Shown in pieces: positions 1 to 7,970 of a stretch of DNA of 14,510 bases. Origin of the DNA: a bacterium (GTDB lineage Bacteria; DUMJ01); the NCBI GenBank assembly GCA_049970495.1, contig JBMFMV010000051.1, forward strand, positions 1-14,510. Reading direction: 5' to 3'. The stretch's first letter is position 1; the number at the start of each line of letters is the position of its first letter. The notes beneath the pieces were generated by a model, which was given only the letters and a program-made list of their open reading frames with translations, ran no database searches and had not been told where the DNA came from. The position numbers were made by a program, and so were the translations under genes.

Positions 1-205
1 CGTATCCTTCTCTGTATCCTCTTTCTAATCCTTCTTGGTATCCTTTCACCTTTGCCTTTTCTTTTATAATCTCTGCATTTTTTCTTGCCCTATCTAATAT
101 AGTCAGTACTAAGTCCTGTATCTCTAGGGAGAGTAAATTGTTTTCCTCCCTATACTCATTTTGAATTATTTCAAATTTATCATTCATCGCTTCTTCTCTA
201 GACAA
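1..205 (-). CDS. fliH: Flagellar assembly protein FliH, N-terminal part (runs off the window's left edge)
   Basis: Not in the ORF track. Manual translation from TTG at 205 (GGAGG RBS about 7 nt upstream; overlaps the fliG stop by 8 nt) gives MSREEAMNDKFEII...KEKAKVKGYQEGLERGYREGY, with FliH-type AxxxG(xxxG)n repeats. Directly downstream of fliG. Alternative ATG start at 187. Confidence 0.85.
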   Translation of the reverse strand, partial: MSREEAMNDKFEIIQNEYREENNLLSLEIQDLVLTILDRARKNAEIIKEKAKVKGYQEGLERGYREGY

Positions 206-1208
206 TTAATTCCTCCTCTCCTCCCCTTGATATTACGATTTCTCCAGCCTCGTCTAATCTTCTTATTATCGAAACTATCTTCTGCTGTGCCTGCTCCACA
301 TCTCTTACCCTTACTGGGCCCATAAACTCCATATCTTCTTTAAGCATTTGTGCTGCTCTGGAGGACATATTTTTAAAAATCTTTTGTCTGACTTCTTCAT
401 TAGACCCCTTAAGTGCTAAAGCTAAATCTTTGGAATCAACTTCTCTTAATATTCTTTGAACAGCTCGATCATCCAACATAACTATATCTTCGAAGAGGAA
501 CATTTGTTTTTTTACTTCTTCTGCTAGTTCAGGGTCTTCACTTTCTAGATACTCCAATACCGTCTTTTCAGTATTTCTATCTACCCTATTTAAAATCTCC
601 ACGAAGTGCTTTACTCCTCCAATATTTGTAGACTCCTGTGTAGCAAGAATAGCCAATTTCTTTTCTAAAATATCCTCCACCTTTCTTATTACATCAGGGC
701 TAGTCCTATCTATAGTTGCTATCCTCATAGCTACTTCTGTCATTAAATCAGGTGGTAACGAAGATAGTATAGCTGCGGCTTGTTCAGGAGTAAGATAAGA
801 GAGGATAAGAGCAATAGTTTGTGGATGTTCATCTTGGATGAAGCTTAATATATGTTTTGGGTCCATTTTCCGCATAAACTCAAATGGAGTGATCTGTAGA
901 CTAGCAGTAAGTCTTTCCAATATTTCCAAGGCTTTCTGAGTTCCTAATGCCTTCTCTAAAATCTGCCTAGCATATTCTATTCCCCCCTGAGCGATATAAT
1001 CTTGCGCGACAGCCATCTGATAGAACTCCTCTATAACCTTATCTCTTATCTCCGGCTCTACTTTACCTAGATTAGCTATCTCTAGTGTAAGTTTTTCTAT
1101 CTCTTCTTCTGTAAATTGTCTTAGGATTTGAGCTGACATATCAGGCCCTAGGGCTATAAGTAAAGCTGCTGCCTTCTTTATCCCAGTTAATTCTTTCTTT
1201 GTAGACAT
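198..1208 (-). CDS. fliG: Flagellar motor switch protein FliG
   Basis: 336 aa with KAAALLIALG, GGIEYA, EHPQTIA, MFLFEDI and MGPVRVRDVEQAQ motifs; follows fliF. Confidence 0.98.
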   Translation of the reverse strand: MSTKKELTGIKKAAALLIALGPDMSAQILRQFTEEEIEKLTLEIANLGKVEPEIRDKVIEEFYQMAVAQDYIAQGGIEYARQILEKALGTQKALEILERLTASLQITPFEFMRKMDPKHILSFIQDEHPQTIALILSYLTPEQAAAILSSLPPDLMTEVAMRIATIDRTSPDVIRKVEDILEKKLAILATQESTNIGGVKHFVEILNRVDRNTEKTVLEYLESEDPELAEEVKKQMFLFEDIVMLDDRAVQRILREVDSKDLALALKGSNEEVRQKIFKNMSSRAAQMLKEDMEFMGPVRVRDVEQAQQKIVSIIRRLDEAGEIVISRGGEEELIV

Positions 1209-1209
1209 A

Positions 1210-2757
1210 TTATTCTTCCTCCCTCATCCAAGATCTAAGTAACTTAACAAAAGACTGAGGATCTCTTCTTGCTAATTGCATTACCTGTTCTGTGATTTCC
1301 CTTCTACGTTGTTCTTCTGGAGGTATAGGGACTGTTTCTAATACAGGCTGGGGAACTTCTTCAGGCAGTATCTTTTCTATTCTTCTGGGCGGCTTGATAA
1401 TAACTCTTATTATATTCCACACTATCAAAAGACCTAAAAGGACTCCTATTATAATCAAAACTAGTCTTATTAACTCCTGTCTTCTTTGTCTTGCTTCTTC
1501 TTCTGCCATAATAGAAGCCTCTTTCTCGTAATAACTTCTATCAAACGGGATACCTTGTACAGTGAGTATATCTCCTCTTCTAGAATCTATACCTCCTGCT
1601 GCCAAGGCTAACTCCCTAATGGCATTCTGTTCCTGGGGGGTAAGGCTTTTATCTACAACTACGGCTACAGAAATTCTTTTTATCTTTCCTGGCTTTTCAA
1701 GTATTTCCTGAACTTGTCTATTAACCTCATATTCTATATTAGTTTGCTGTTTGTTATATGTACTAGGAGAAGAAGTTCCTGTAATAGCTTCATAACCTGG
1801 TATATTAGAAGATACCCCAGGGACGCCTCCTGGTGTACCCTGTCCCTCATAAGATTCTTTTGTCCTTTGCTCTTTTTTTATAATACCCCCCTCTTCAACT
1901 ACAGGGGAGAAAATCTCTTTAGAGGTTTTTAATTGAGTAAGATCTAAATCTACAGATGCCCTTACTATTGCCTTACTGGGTCCCAATATTCCAGTTAACA
2001 TGCTTTGTACCCTGTCTTCTATAGTTCTTTCTAATTTATCTTTTACCTCTAAATAGAAAGACTCTTCTAAAGTGCCAGCAGTCTTCTCGTCAAATAATCC
2101 TCTCGATAAGAGATTCCCATTAGTATCAACTATAGTTACCTGTTCAGGTTTAAGTCCCTCCACACTACTTGCTACTAGCCTAGCTATAGCTGTTACCTCA
2201 GTCTTAGAGATTACTGCTCCAGGCTTGAGTTTTAAGATTACCCCAGCTTGGGGAGGAACGGATTCAGCAGAATAGAGTCTTTCTCTTGGAAGCACTATAT
2301 GAACCCTAGCGTATTCTACATTAGAGAGACTGGATATAGTTCTAGCTAATTCTCCCTGCAATGCTCTTTGATAATTTATTCTCTCGACGAAATCTGTAGT
2401 TCCTATGGAAGTCTTATCAAATATCTCAAAGCCTACGCCTCCTCCAGATGGAAGATTTTGTCCAGCAAGTGTTAATCTCAGTTCGTAAACTTTATCCTTA
2501 GGGACCAGTATAGCTGATCCTCCCTCAGCCAGCTTATAACTTTCACCCATCTCCTTTAATTTTGCCGTAATAGCAGATGCGTCTTGTGGAGAAAGATTAC
2601 TAAAAAGGACGTCATAGTTGACTCTAGAAGAGAAAGAAACAAGGTAGAAAAAAAGAACTATACAGGTTACTCCTCCAAATATCACTAAAACCTTAGTTCT
2701 TGAAGGAGCTTCTTGCCAAAACTTCTTTAAAGACCCTAATATATCTCTATAGTTCAT
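1210..2757 (-). CDS. fliF: Flagellar MS-ring protein FliF
   Basis: 515 aa with N- and C-terminal TM segments; VGFEIFD...NYQRALQGELARTI, ARVHIVLP, ASSVEGL and GGVPGVSSNIP motifs; C-terminal LLRSWM. Confidence 0.97.
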   Translation of the reverse strand: MNYRDILGSLKKFWQEAPSRTKVLVIFGGVTCIVLFFYLVSFSSRVNYDVLFSNLSPQDASAITAKLKEMGESYKLAEGGSAILVPKDKVYELRLTLAGQNLPSGGGVGFEIFDKTSIGTTDFVERINYQRALQGELARTISSLSNVEYARVHIVLPRERLYSAESVPPQAGVILKLKPGAVISKTEVTAIARLVASSVEGLKPEQVTIVDTNGNLLSRGLFDEKTAGTLEESFYLEVKDKLERTIEDRVQSMLTGILGPSKAIVRASVDLDLTQLKTSKEIFSPVVEEGGIIKKEQRTKESYEGQGTPGGVPGVSSNIPGYEAITGTSSPSTYNKQQTNIEYEVNRQVQEILEKPGKIKRISVAVVVDKSLTPQEQNAIRELALAAGGIDSRRGDILTVQGIPFDRSYYEKEASIMAEEEARQRRQELIRLVLIIIGVLLGLLIVWNIIRVIIKPPRRIEKILPEEVPQPVLETVPIPPEEQRRREITEQVMQLARRDPQSFVKLLRSWMREEE

Positions 2758-2779
2758 AACTATAATTTTTGTTTATAAT

Positions 2780-3067
2780 TTATGGAACCATACGCATTAT
2801 CTCATGATAAGCATCTAAGGCTCTATTTCTAATCTCAGTGATTATAGATAAAGAGAGATTTGCTTTCTCAATTGCTATCATAACATTATGAATATCTATA
2901 CTCTCTCCTGCTGAAAAAGCAGTTACTGCTTGATTAGCTTCTATTTGAAGCTGGTTTACTCTTTCTAAAGACTCTTTCAAAAAATCAATAAAACCTCTGC
3001 CCCTTTTCTCTCCCTCTATTCCTTCTATAGGTCTGATATCCAATCTTATGAGTTCAATAGGTGGCAT
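2780..3067 (-). CDS. fliE: Flagellar hook-basal body protein FliE
   Basis: 95 aa; DIHNVMIAIEKANLSL...IRNRALDAYHEIMRM signature; lies between flgC and fliF; GAGG RBS. Confidence 0.95.
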   Translation of the reverse strand: MPPIELIRLDIRPIEGIEGEKRGRGFIDFLKESLERVNQLQIEANQAVTAFSAGESIDIHNVMIAIEKANLSLSIITEIRNRALDAYHEIMRMVP

Positions 3068-3079
3068 ATTATAAACCTC

Positions 3080-3481
3080 TTATATTTCTAATGATTTGAT
3101 AAACATATTCTTAGAAGCATTTACTAAAGCCAGGTTAGCCTCATAGCTTCTAGTAGCAGAAATCATATCAGCCATTTCTATCACGGGATTTACATTCGGA
3201 TACAAGACATAACCTTCTCGATTTGCATCAGGATGGCCAGGGTCATAAACCATTCTAAACGGAGAATTATCCTCAACTATCCCTATAACCTCTACTCCTT
3301 TTGGCGTTCCACTAAAATGATCCAATAACTCTCTAAAGATAGGCACCTTTCTTCTATATGGCATACCATTATCAGTCCTTGTGGTTTCTACATTTGCCAG
3401 ATTACTAGCTATAATATCTAACCTCAGTCTCTGAGCAGTAAGACCAGAAGCTGATATTTCCATTATATCTAGTAAACTCAT
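3080..3481 (-). CDS. flgC: Flagellar basal-body rod protein FlgC
   Basis: ISASGLTAQRLRLDIIASNLAN, YDPGHPDA, PNVNPVIEMADMISATRSYEAN; ATGA overlap with flgB. Confidence 0.97.
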   Translation of the reverse strand: MSLLDIMEISASGLTAQRLRLDIIASNLANVETTRTDNGMPYRRKVPIFRELLDHFSGTPKGVEVIGIVEDNSPFRMVYDPGHPDANREGYVLYPNVNPVIEMADMISATRSYEANLALVNASKNMFIKSLEI

Positions 3482-3834
3482 CTCTTTCTACCTCCAAGTA
3501 CAGTATAATATTTATCAAAGGACCACTTAGCAAACTGTGATAGAGCCTGGTATCTGAGAACATTTTGGTTCATAAGGACAATTTCTTCATCTAGATTGAC
3601 ATTGTTACCATCATTTCTAAAAGATGTTTCTAAGACTCTATAGACTCTAGGTTTAATATCAGAGTCAATCTTATTACCTTCTAATGCGTCCTTTAAAAAC
3701 TCTTCAAAAGCTACTCTATACTTTTTATAGCCAGGGGTATCTACGTTAGCAATATTAGTACCATATAACTTATGCCTAAGAATTGCTATATTCAACCCTG
3801 CTTCTATGATATCTAATACCAATTTATCCTCCAT
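3478..3834 (-). CDS. flgB: Flagellar basal-body rod protein FlgB
   Basis: NIANVDTPGYK and RNDGNNVNLDEE motifs. The ORF track starts at GTG 3840, but that GTG is part of the GAGGTG RBS, so ATG at 3834 is the more likely start. Confidence 0.93.
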   Translation of the reverse strand: MEDKLVLDIIEAGLNIAILRHKLYGTNIANVDTPGYKKYRVAFEEFLKDALEGNKIDSDIKPRVYRVLETSFRNDGNNVNLDEEIVLMNQNVLRYQALSQFAKWSFDKYYTVLGGRKR

Positions 3835-3883
3835 ACGCACCTCTAAAGTTTTTGATTATCTGCACTAAAAGTCTTTATTTTAA

Positions 3884-3926
3884 AATTATACCATAGAATT
3901 ATACCATAAAAAATTTTACTAGTTAA
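3884..3926 (-). promoter_or_regulatory. Putative sigma70/sigmaA promoter(s) of the flgB operon, with tandem extended -10 elements
   Basis: Minus strand reads TATGGTATAATT-C-TATGGTATAATT (two TGnTATAAT, 13-bp period). TTAACT (3926-3921) lies 17 bp upstream of the distal TATAAT (3903-3898). Confidence 0.65.
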
Positions 3927-4056
3927 CAGATCAATGTTAAGGTAATTGTTTCAATTATTTCCGCAACAATCATATGTTAAAAGTGAATAAGACAAAAAGA
4001 TTAGTACTTATAGCCTAAAGCTTTATATCCCCTCGATAGAAGTACTGCTAATAATA

Positions 4057-4464
4057 TCACATGTTTGAAAGGTCTGCTAATGTTTGGGATTCTAGAAATT
4101 CATTTATATTTTCTTTAAGCCTTTCCCAAAAGGGACGGGCTTTACATTTCGAACTTTTTTCACAGATTTCAGGAGAAGAAAGACAATCTACTAGAGTTAT
4201 TGGTCCTTCCAAGATATCTATTACTTCCTTTATCTTAATTTCTTGAGGAGGTTTGACTAATACAAAACCACCCTGCGCTCCTCTTACACTTCTTACTATC
4301 CCACTTCTCCTTAATAACTCCATAATCTGTTCCAGATAGTTCTCCGAGATACCCTCTTCTTTAGCAATAATCCTTGCCATTATTGGACCTTCCCCATAAT
4401 GGTTTGCTAAAGATATTAAAGCCCTCAGTCCGTATCTAGCCTTAGTAGATAATCTTAAAGCCAC
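4057..4464 (-). CDS. Rrf2-family transcriptional regulator, IscR-like, probably Fe-S binding
   Basis: LSTKARYGLRAL, YLEQI and SVRGAQGGF wHTH motifs; C94-x6-C101-x5-C107; GTG start with GAGGTG RBS. Confidence 0.93.
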   Translation of the reverse strand: MALRLSTKARYGLRALISLANHYGEGPIMARIIAKEEGISENYLEQIMELLRRSGIVRSVRGAQGGFVLVKPPQEIKIKEVIDILEGPITLVDCLSSPEICEKSSKCKARPFWERLKENINEFLESQTLADLSNM

Positions 4465-4503
4465 ATTTTCACCTCTTATAAAAATATTAGTTTTATAGTT
4501 TAA

Positions 4504-4532
4504 ATTATAAGGAATATTATATTTGGAGTCAA
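4504..4532 (-). promoter_or_regulatory. sigma70-type promoter of the rrf2 gene
   Basis: TTGACT (4532-4527), 17-bp spacer, TATAAT (4509-4504) on the minus strand. Confidence 0.75.
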
Positions 4533-4547
4533 TAGAACCGAGTTTTA

Positions 4548-4556
4548 TGGTATAAT
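4548..4556 (+). promoter_or_regulatory. Extended -10 promoter for the ferritin-like/GH genes
   Basis: TGGTATAAT about 32 nt upstream of the ATG at 4589; no recognisable -35. Confidence 0.6.
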
Positions 4557-4588
4557 ATCACTTGAAAAATTTTGACAGGAGGGATGTT

Positions 4589-4897
4589 ATGCCTGAATTT
4601 GGAACCCCTTATTCGAGTCTATCTATAAGTAGAAAAATCTCCAATGAGGAACTAGTAAGAGCTATTAGGTTCTTTATTGCTGCTGAGTATGAGGCAATAC
4701 AACTCTACGAAGAACTTGCCGAAGCAACAGATAATAAGCTTGCTAAAGAAGTTCTGTATGATATAGCCAATGAAGAAAAAGTACACGCAGGAGAATTCTT
4801 AAGACTTCTTAAAGAACTTTATTGTAATGAGGAAAATTTTTACAAGAAGGGAGAAAAAGAAGTTGAAGAGATGAAAGAGAAACTCGGTATTAAATAA
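4589..4897 (+). CDS. Small ferritin-like protein (rubrerythrin-like half; encapsulated-ferritin Flp/EncFtn type)
   Basis: 102 aa from ATG 4589 (AGGAGG RBS; the track's TTG at 4562 is probably too far upstream). Diiron ligand motifs AEYEAIQLY and EEKVHAGEF. Confidence 0.85.
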   Translation: MPEFGTPYSSLSISRKISNEELVRAIRFFIAAEYEAIQLYEELAEATDNKLAKEVLYDIANEEKVHAGEFLRLLKELYCNEENFYKKGEKEVEEMKEKLGIK

Positions 4898-4919
4898 TAT
4901 TTTTTGAGGAGGGAATAAG

Positions 4920-7900
4920 ATGAAAGGTCTAAAAGAGAAGTTTTTAAATCCTGATAAGGACTATCGATCTGCCCCTTTTTGGTCTTGGAATGATAAACTA
5001 GACCCGGAAGAACTAGCTAGACAAGTAAGAGATATGAAATCTGTTGGTATAGGTGGGTTTTTTATGCATTCGAGAGAAGGTTTAGAAACCCCCTATTTGA
5101 GCAAAGAATGGATGAGCTGTATAAGGAGGACTGTCGAGACAGCAAAAGAGATAGGAATGAACGCCTGGCTTTACGACGAGGATAGATGGCCCTCTGGCTT
5201 TGCTGGAGGTCTAGTTGCTAAAGCAATAGGGGATGAAGGTCGAGCCAAAATTTTGACTCTAGAGATAGTAAAAGGGGAGTTAGATCCTATAGAAAGTCTA
5301 GTAAGTTTTGTAGCAATTTTAGACGGATCTTCGATAGTGAAGTTAAAGAGGACAACAGAAAAGACTACTCTTGAGGATAACGAAGTTGGATTAATTTTTA
5401 GAAGAGAAATCTGTCCTAAAGTAGACTGGTTTAATGGGGATACTTATAGTGACAACTTGAATCCTAAAAGTGTAAAGACTTTTATAGAGACTACTTATGA
5501 AGCCTATTTTAAAGAATTTGGAGACGAATTTGGAAAGACGATATCAGGCATATTTACAGATGAGCCGAATATCTTCGCTTGGAGAGTGGCTAAAAGAGGT
5601 TTACCCTGGACAGATATATTCCCAGAATTTTTCAGAGATAGGCGAGGTTACGATATTATAGAAAATCTTCCCTATCTCTTTCTTGATGGGGAAAGGTCTT
5701 ATAAAATAAGATATGACTATTGGAGAACTATTACTGAACTATTTGTTAATGCTTACTCTAAACAGATAGGTGAATGGTGTAAAGAACATAATTTACTCTT
5801 TACAGGTCACTATCTCTATGAAAATGAATTTCCAAGAGCTATACTTACTTCTGGTGCTATCATGCCTCACTATGTTTATCAAGGTGTCCCTGGGATAGAT
5901 ATCTTGACAGAATCTATTAGAGAGACTTTGACTGTAAAACAGTGTAGTAGTGTTGCAAATCAGTTTGATAAGAAGAGGGTAATCTCTGAGCTATATGGAT
6001 GCACTGGATGGGAATTTACTTTTGAAGGACAGAAGTGGGTAGGAGATTGGCAGTATGCTCTAGGTGTAAACTTACGATGTCAGCATCTAGCTCTATATAC
6101 CCTTAGAGGGTGTAGAAAGAGAGATTATCCTCCATCTTTTAACTATAATACTACTTGGTGGAAGTATAACAGAGTAGTGGAAGACTATTTTGCCAGATTA
6201 TCTTTGATCCTTTCTGAAGGTGAAGCAGTAAGAGATATACTGCTCATACATCCTATAGAAAGTGCTTGGATGTTATTTAATGGGGTTAATTTTGAGGAGG
6301 TCTCCAAGATCGGCGAGGAATTTCAGGGTATAGCAGATACCCTACTAGCTATACACCGAGATTTTGACTTAGGTGATGAGTCTATAATCGAAGAATATGG
6401 AAAGGTAGTAGATGGGAGATTTATCGTTAATAAGGCCAGTTATAAGTTCCTTGTTCTTCCCCCTATGAAGACGATAAGGAGAAAGACAGTAGAGCTTATA
6501 AAAGAATTTCTAGATTGTGGTGGAAAAGTAGTTGCTATAAAACCTACCCCGGATAAAATCTTTGCTCAAGAAGAAAATCTTTCTTGGCTTTTCAATCATC
6601 CTAATATGTTTGTTTTAGATAATAAGAGAGATTTGGGTAAAGTTTTAGATAAGGTCTTAGAGCCTAGGATTAGTATTCAGGAGATCCCAGGAGAAGAGGC
6701 AGGTAACTTCATATATATGGAAAGAGACATAGAAGGGAATAAGGTATTCTTCGTAGTAAATACTGATAGAAGTAATTCTCATACCGTTGAAATTAGTATA
6801 CATAGCAATGGCAAGGTAGAGGAATGGAATCCACTTACAGGAGATATAAGGGAGATTTATACTGAGCAAGAAGAGAATCTAACAAGGATAAGAGCAGACT
6901 TTGGCCCAGCAGAGTCTAAAGTCTATGTAGTTGATGCCAAGTCAAAACCTACTTTGAATTCTCCTAGAAAACTGCAGTATAAGAAAAGTCTTTATATAGG
7001 TCCTGTTCTTAAATTTAAAAGGAGCGACCCAAATATTCTTGTCTTAGATTTCTGTCAGTATAGATTTAAAGGAGAAAAGTGGTCAGACATTCTTCCAGTA
7101 TGGAAGGCACAGCTAGAGATCAGGAGAAGGTTAGGGATGAGGGATATACATATAAATGGGATAGAACAGAGGTGGAGATGGGTCTATCAGCCTCATCCAA
7201 ATGATAATACCCCAATAGAATTCAGATTTATCTTTAATGTAAGAGATATACCTAAGACCCCAATAAGCCTAGTTATTGAAAATGCAGAAGACTTTGAGAT
7301 ATCCTTTAATGGACAAAGTATATGTAATAAGCCTAGAGGGTGGTATCTAGATAGAAGTTTCGATAAAGTAGAACTACCAACTCCAAAGATAGGGGAGAAT
7401 GAGCTTATACTTTTCTGTCTATATAAGAATAGGATGGAGGTAGAGGATTGTTATATTATAGGAGATTTTGGCGTGGATGTCCTTACTAGAGAGATAATAG
7501 AAGAACCCGATAAGCTACATTTTGGAGATTGGTGCTTGCAAGGATATCCTCATTACGCAGGAAGTATAAGCTACATAGATGAGGTAGAACTAAATCTTGA
7601 GTCAAATGAAAAAGTATTTCTGAAACTTGGAAACCATTCTGCTATAACCACTGCTGTATGGATTAATGGAAGATTAGCTGGACATATACCTTGGAAGTGT
7701 GCAGACGGGCTAGATATCACTTCCTTTGTAACTAAGGGTAGAAATCTTATAGAGATTGAAGTAGTGGGGAGTCCAAGAAATATGCTAGGTCCTTTGCATC
7801 AAAAAAGTGGCAAGAGACCATGGACAGATTCTAGGTCATTTAGAACAGAAGGAGATGAATTTACTCCAGATTATGTATTAATGCCGCTTGGGCTCTTTGA

Positions 7901-7931
7901 CCAAGTTAGATTAGAGATATTCGCTGAATAG
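4920..7931 (+). CDS. Large cytoplasmic glycoside hydrolase, GH106 (alpha-L-rhamnosidase)-like, with C-terminal beta-sandwich domains
   Basis: 1003 aa; PFWSWN...GIGGFFMHSREGL, WLYDEDRWPSGFAGG, FTDEP, TGHYLYE, PGIDIL, SELYG and KRDYPP motifs; no evident signal peptide; GAGGAGG RBS. Substrate not established. Confidence 0.75.
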   Translation: MKGLKEKFLNPDKDYRSAPFWSWNDKLDPEELARQVRDMKSVGIGGFFMHSREGLETPYLSKEWMSCIRRTVETAKEIGMNAWLYDEDRWPSGFAGGLVAKAIGDEGRAKILTLEIVKGELDPIESLVSFVAILDGSSIVKLKRTTEKTTLEDNEVGLIFRREICPKVDWFNGDTYSDNLNPKSVKTFIETTYEAYFKEFGDEFGKTISGIFTDEPNIFAWRVAKRGLPWTDIFPEFFRDRRGYDIIENLPYLFLDGERSYKIRYDYWRTITELFVNAYSKQIGEWCKEHNLLFTGHYLYENEFPRAILTSGAIMPHYVYQGVPGIDILTESIRETLTVKQCSSVANQFDKKRVISELYGCTGWEFTFEGQKWVGDWQYALGVNLRCQHLALYTLRGCRKRDYPPSFNYNTTWWKYNRVVEDYFARLSLILSEGEAVRDILLIHPIESAWMLFNGVNFEEVSKIGEEFQGIADTLLAIHRDFDLGDESIIEEYGKVVDGRFIVNKASYKFLVLPPMKTIRRKTVELIKEFLDCGGKVVAIKPTPDKIFAQEENLSWLFNHPNMFVLDNKRDLGKVLDKVLEPRISIQEIPGEEAGNFIYMERDIEGNKVFFVVNTDRSNSHTVEISIHSNGKVEEWNPLTGDIREIYTEQEENLTRIRADFGPAESKVYVVDAKSKPTLNSPRKLQYKKSLYIGPVLKFKRSDPNILVLDFCQYRFKGEKWSDILPVWKAQLEIRRRLGMRDIHINGIEQRWRWVYQPHPNDNTPIEFRFIFNVRDIPKTPISLVIENAEDFEISFNGQSICNKPRGWYLDRSFDKVELPTPKIGENELILFCLYKNRMEVEDCYIIGDFGVDVLTREIIEEPDKLHFGDWCLQGYPHYAGSISYIDEVELNLESNEKVFLKLGNHSAITTAVWINGRLAGHIPWKCADGLDITSFVTKGRNLIEIEVVGSPRNMLGPLHQKSGKRPWTDSRSFRTEGDEFTPDYVLMPLGLFDQVRLEIFAE

Positions 7932-7937
7932 AAAAAA

Positions 7938-7970
7938 TAAAAGAGGAGGGGAGAACTCTCCCCTCCTTTT
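7938..7970. terminator. Bidirectional intrinsic terminator between the convergent GH and Fe-ADH genes
   Basis: Perfect stem AGGAGGGGAG (7944-7953) / loop AACT / CTCCCCTCCT (7958-7967), with an A-rich tract on the left and a T-run on the right. Confidence 0.9.

Noticed and set aside
1..46. Short repeated GTATCCT units at the left edge
   Set aside because: Explained by FliH GxxxG coding repeats; not a CRISPR array or DNA-level repeat.
1292..2275. Three plus-strand ORFs inside fliF (1292-1531, 1714-1932, 2072-2275)
   Set aside because: Antisense shadows of a well-conserved gene; Ser/Ile/Leu-rich, with no recognisable motifs.
3841..3883. c-di-GMP riboswitch or invertible flagellar switch upstream of flgB, as in some Clostridia
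   Set aside because: The predicted leader is only about 45-60 nt, with no GEMM-like hairpins, no long flanking inverted repeats and no recombinase nearby.
4016..4039. sigma28-like TAAAG...CTCGATAG
   Set aside because: Spacer is about 3 nt too short, and it points away from the flagellar genes.
4061..4246. 61-aa plus-strand ORF within rrf2
   Set aside because: Antisense to a conserved gene, with no motif.
4533..4556. IscR type-2-like operator (ACC-N9-GGT)
   Set aside because: Match is too short and degenerate to call from sequence alone.
6657..6869. 70-aa minus-strand ORF within the glycoside hydrolase
   Set aside because: Antisense shadow with no supporting signal.
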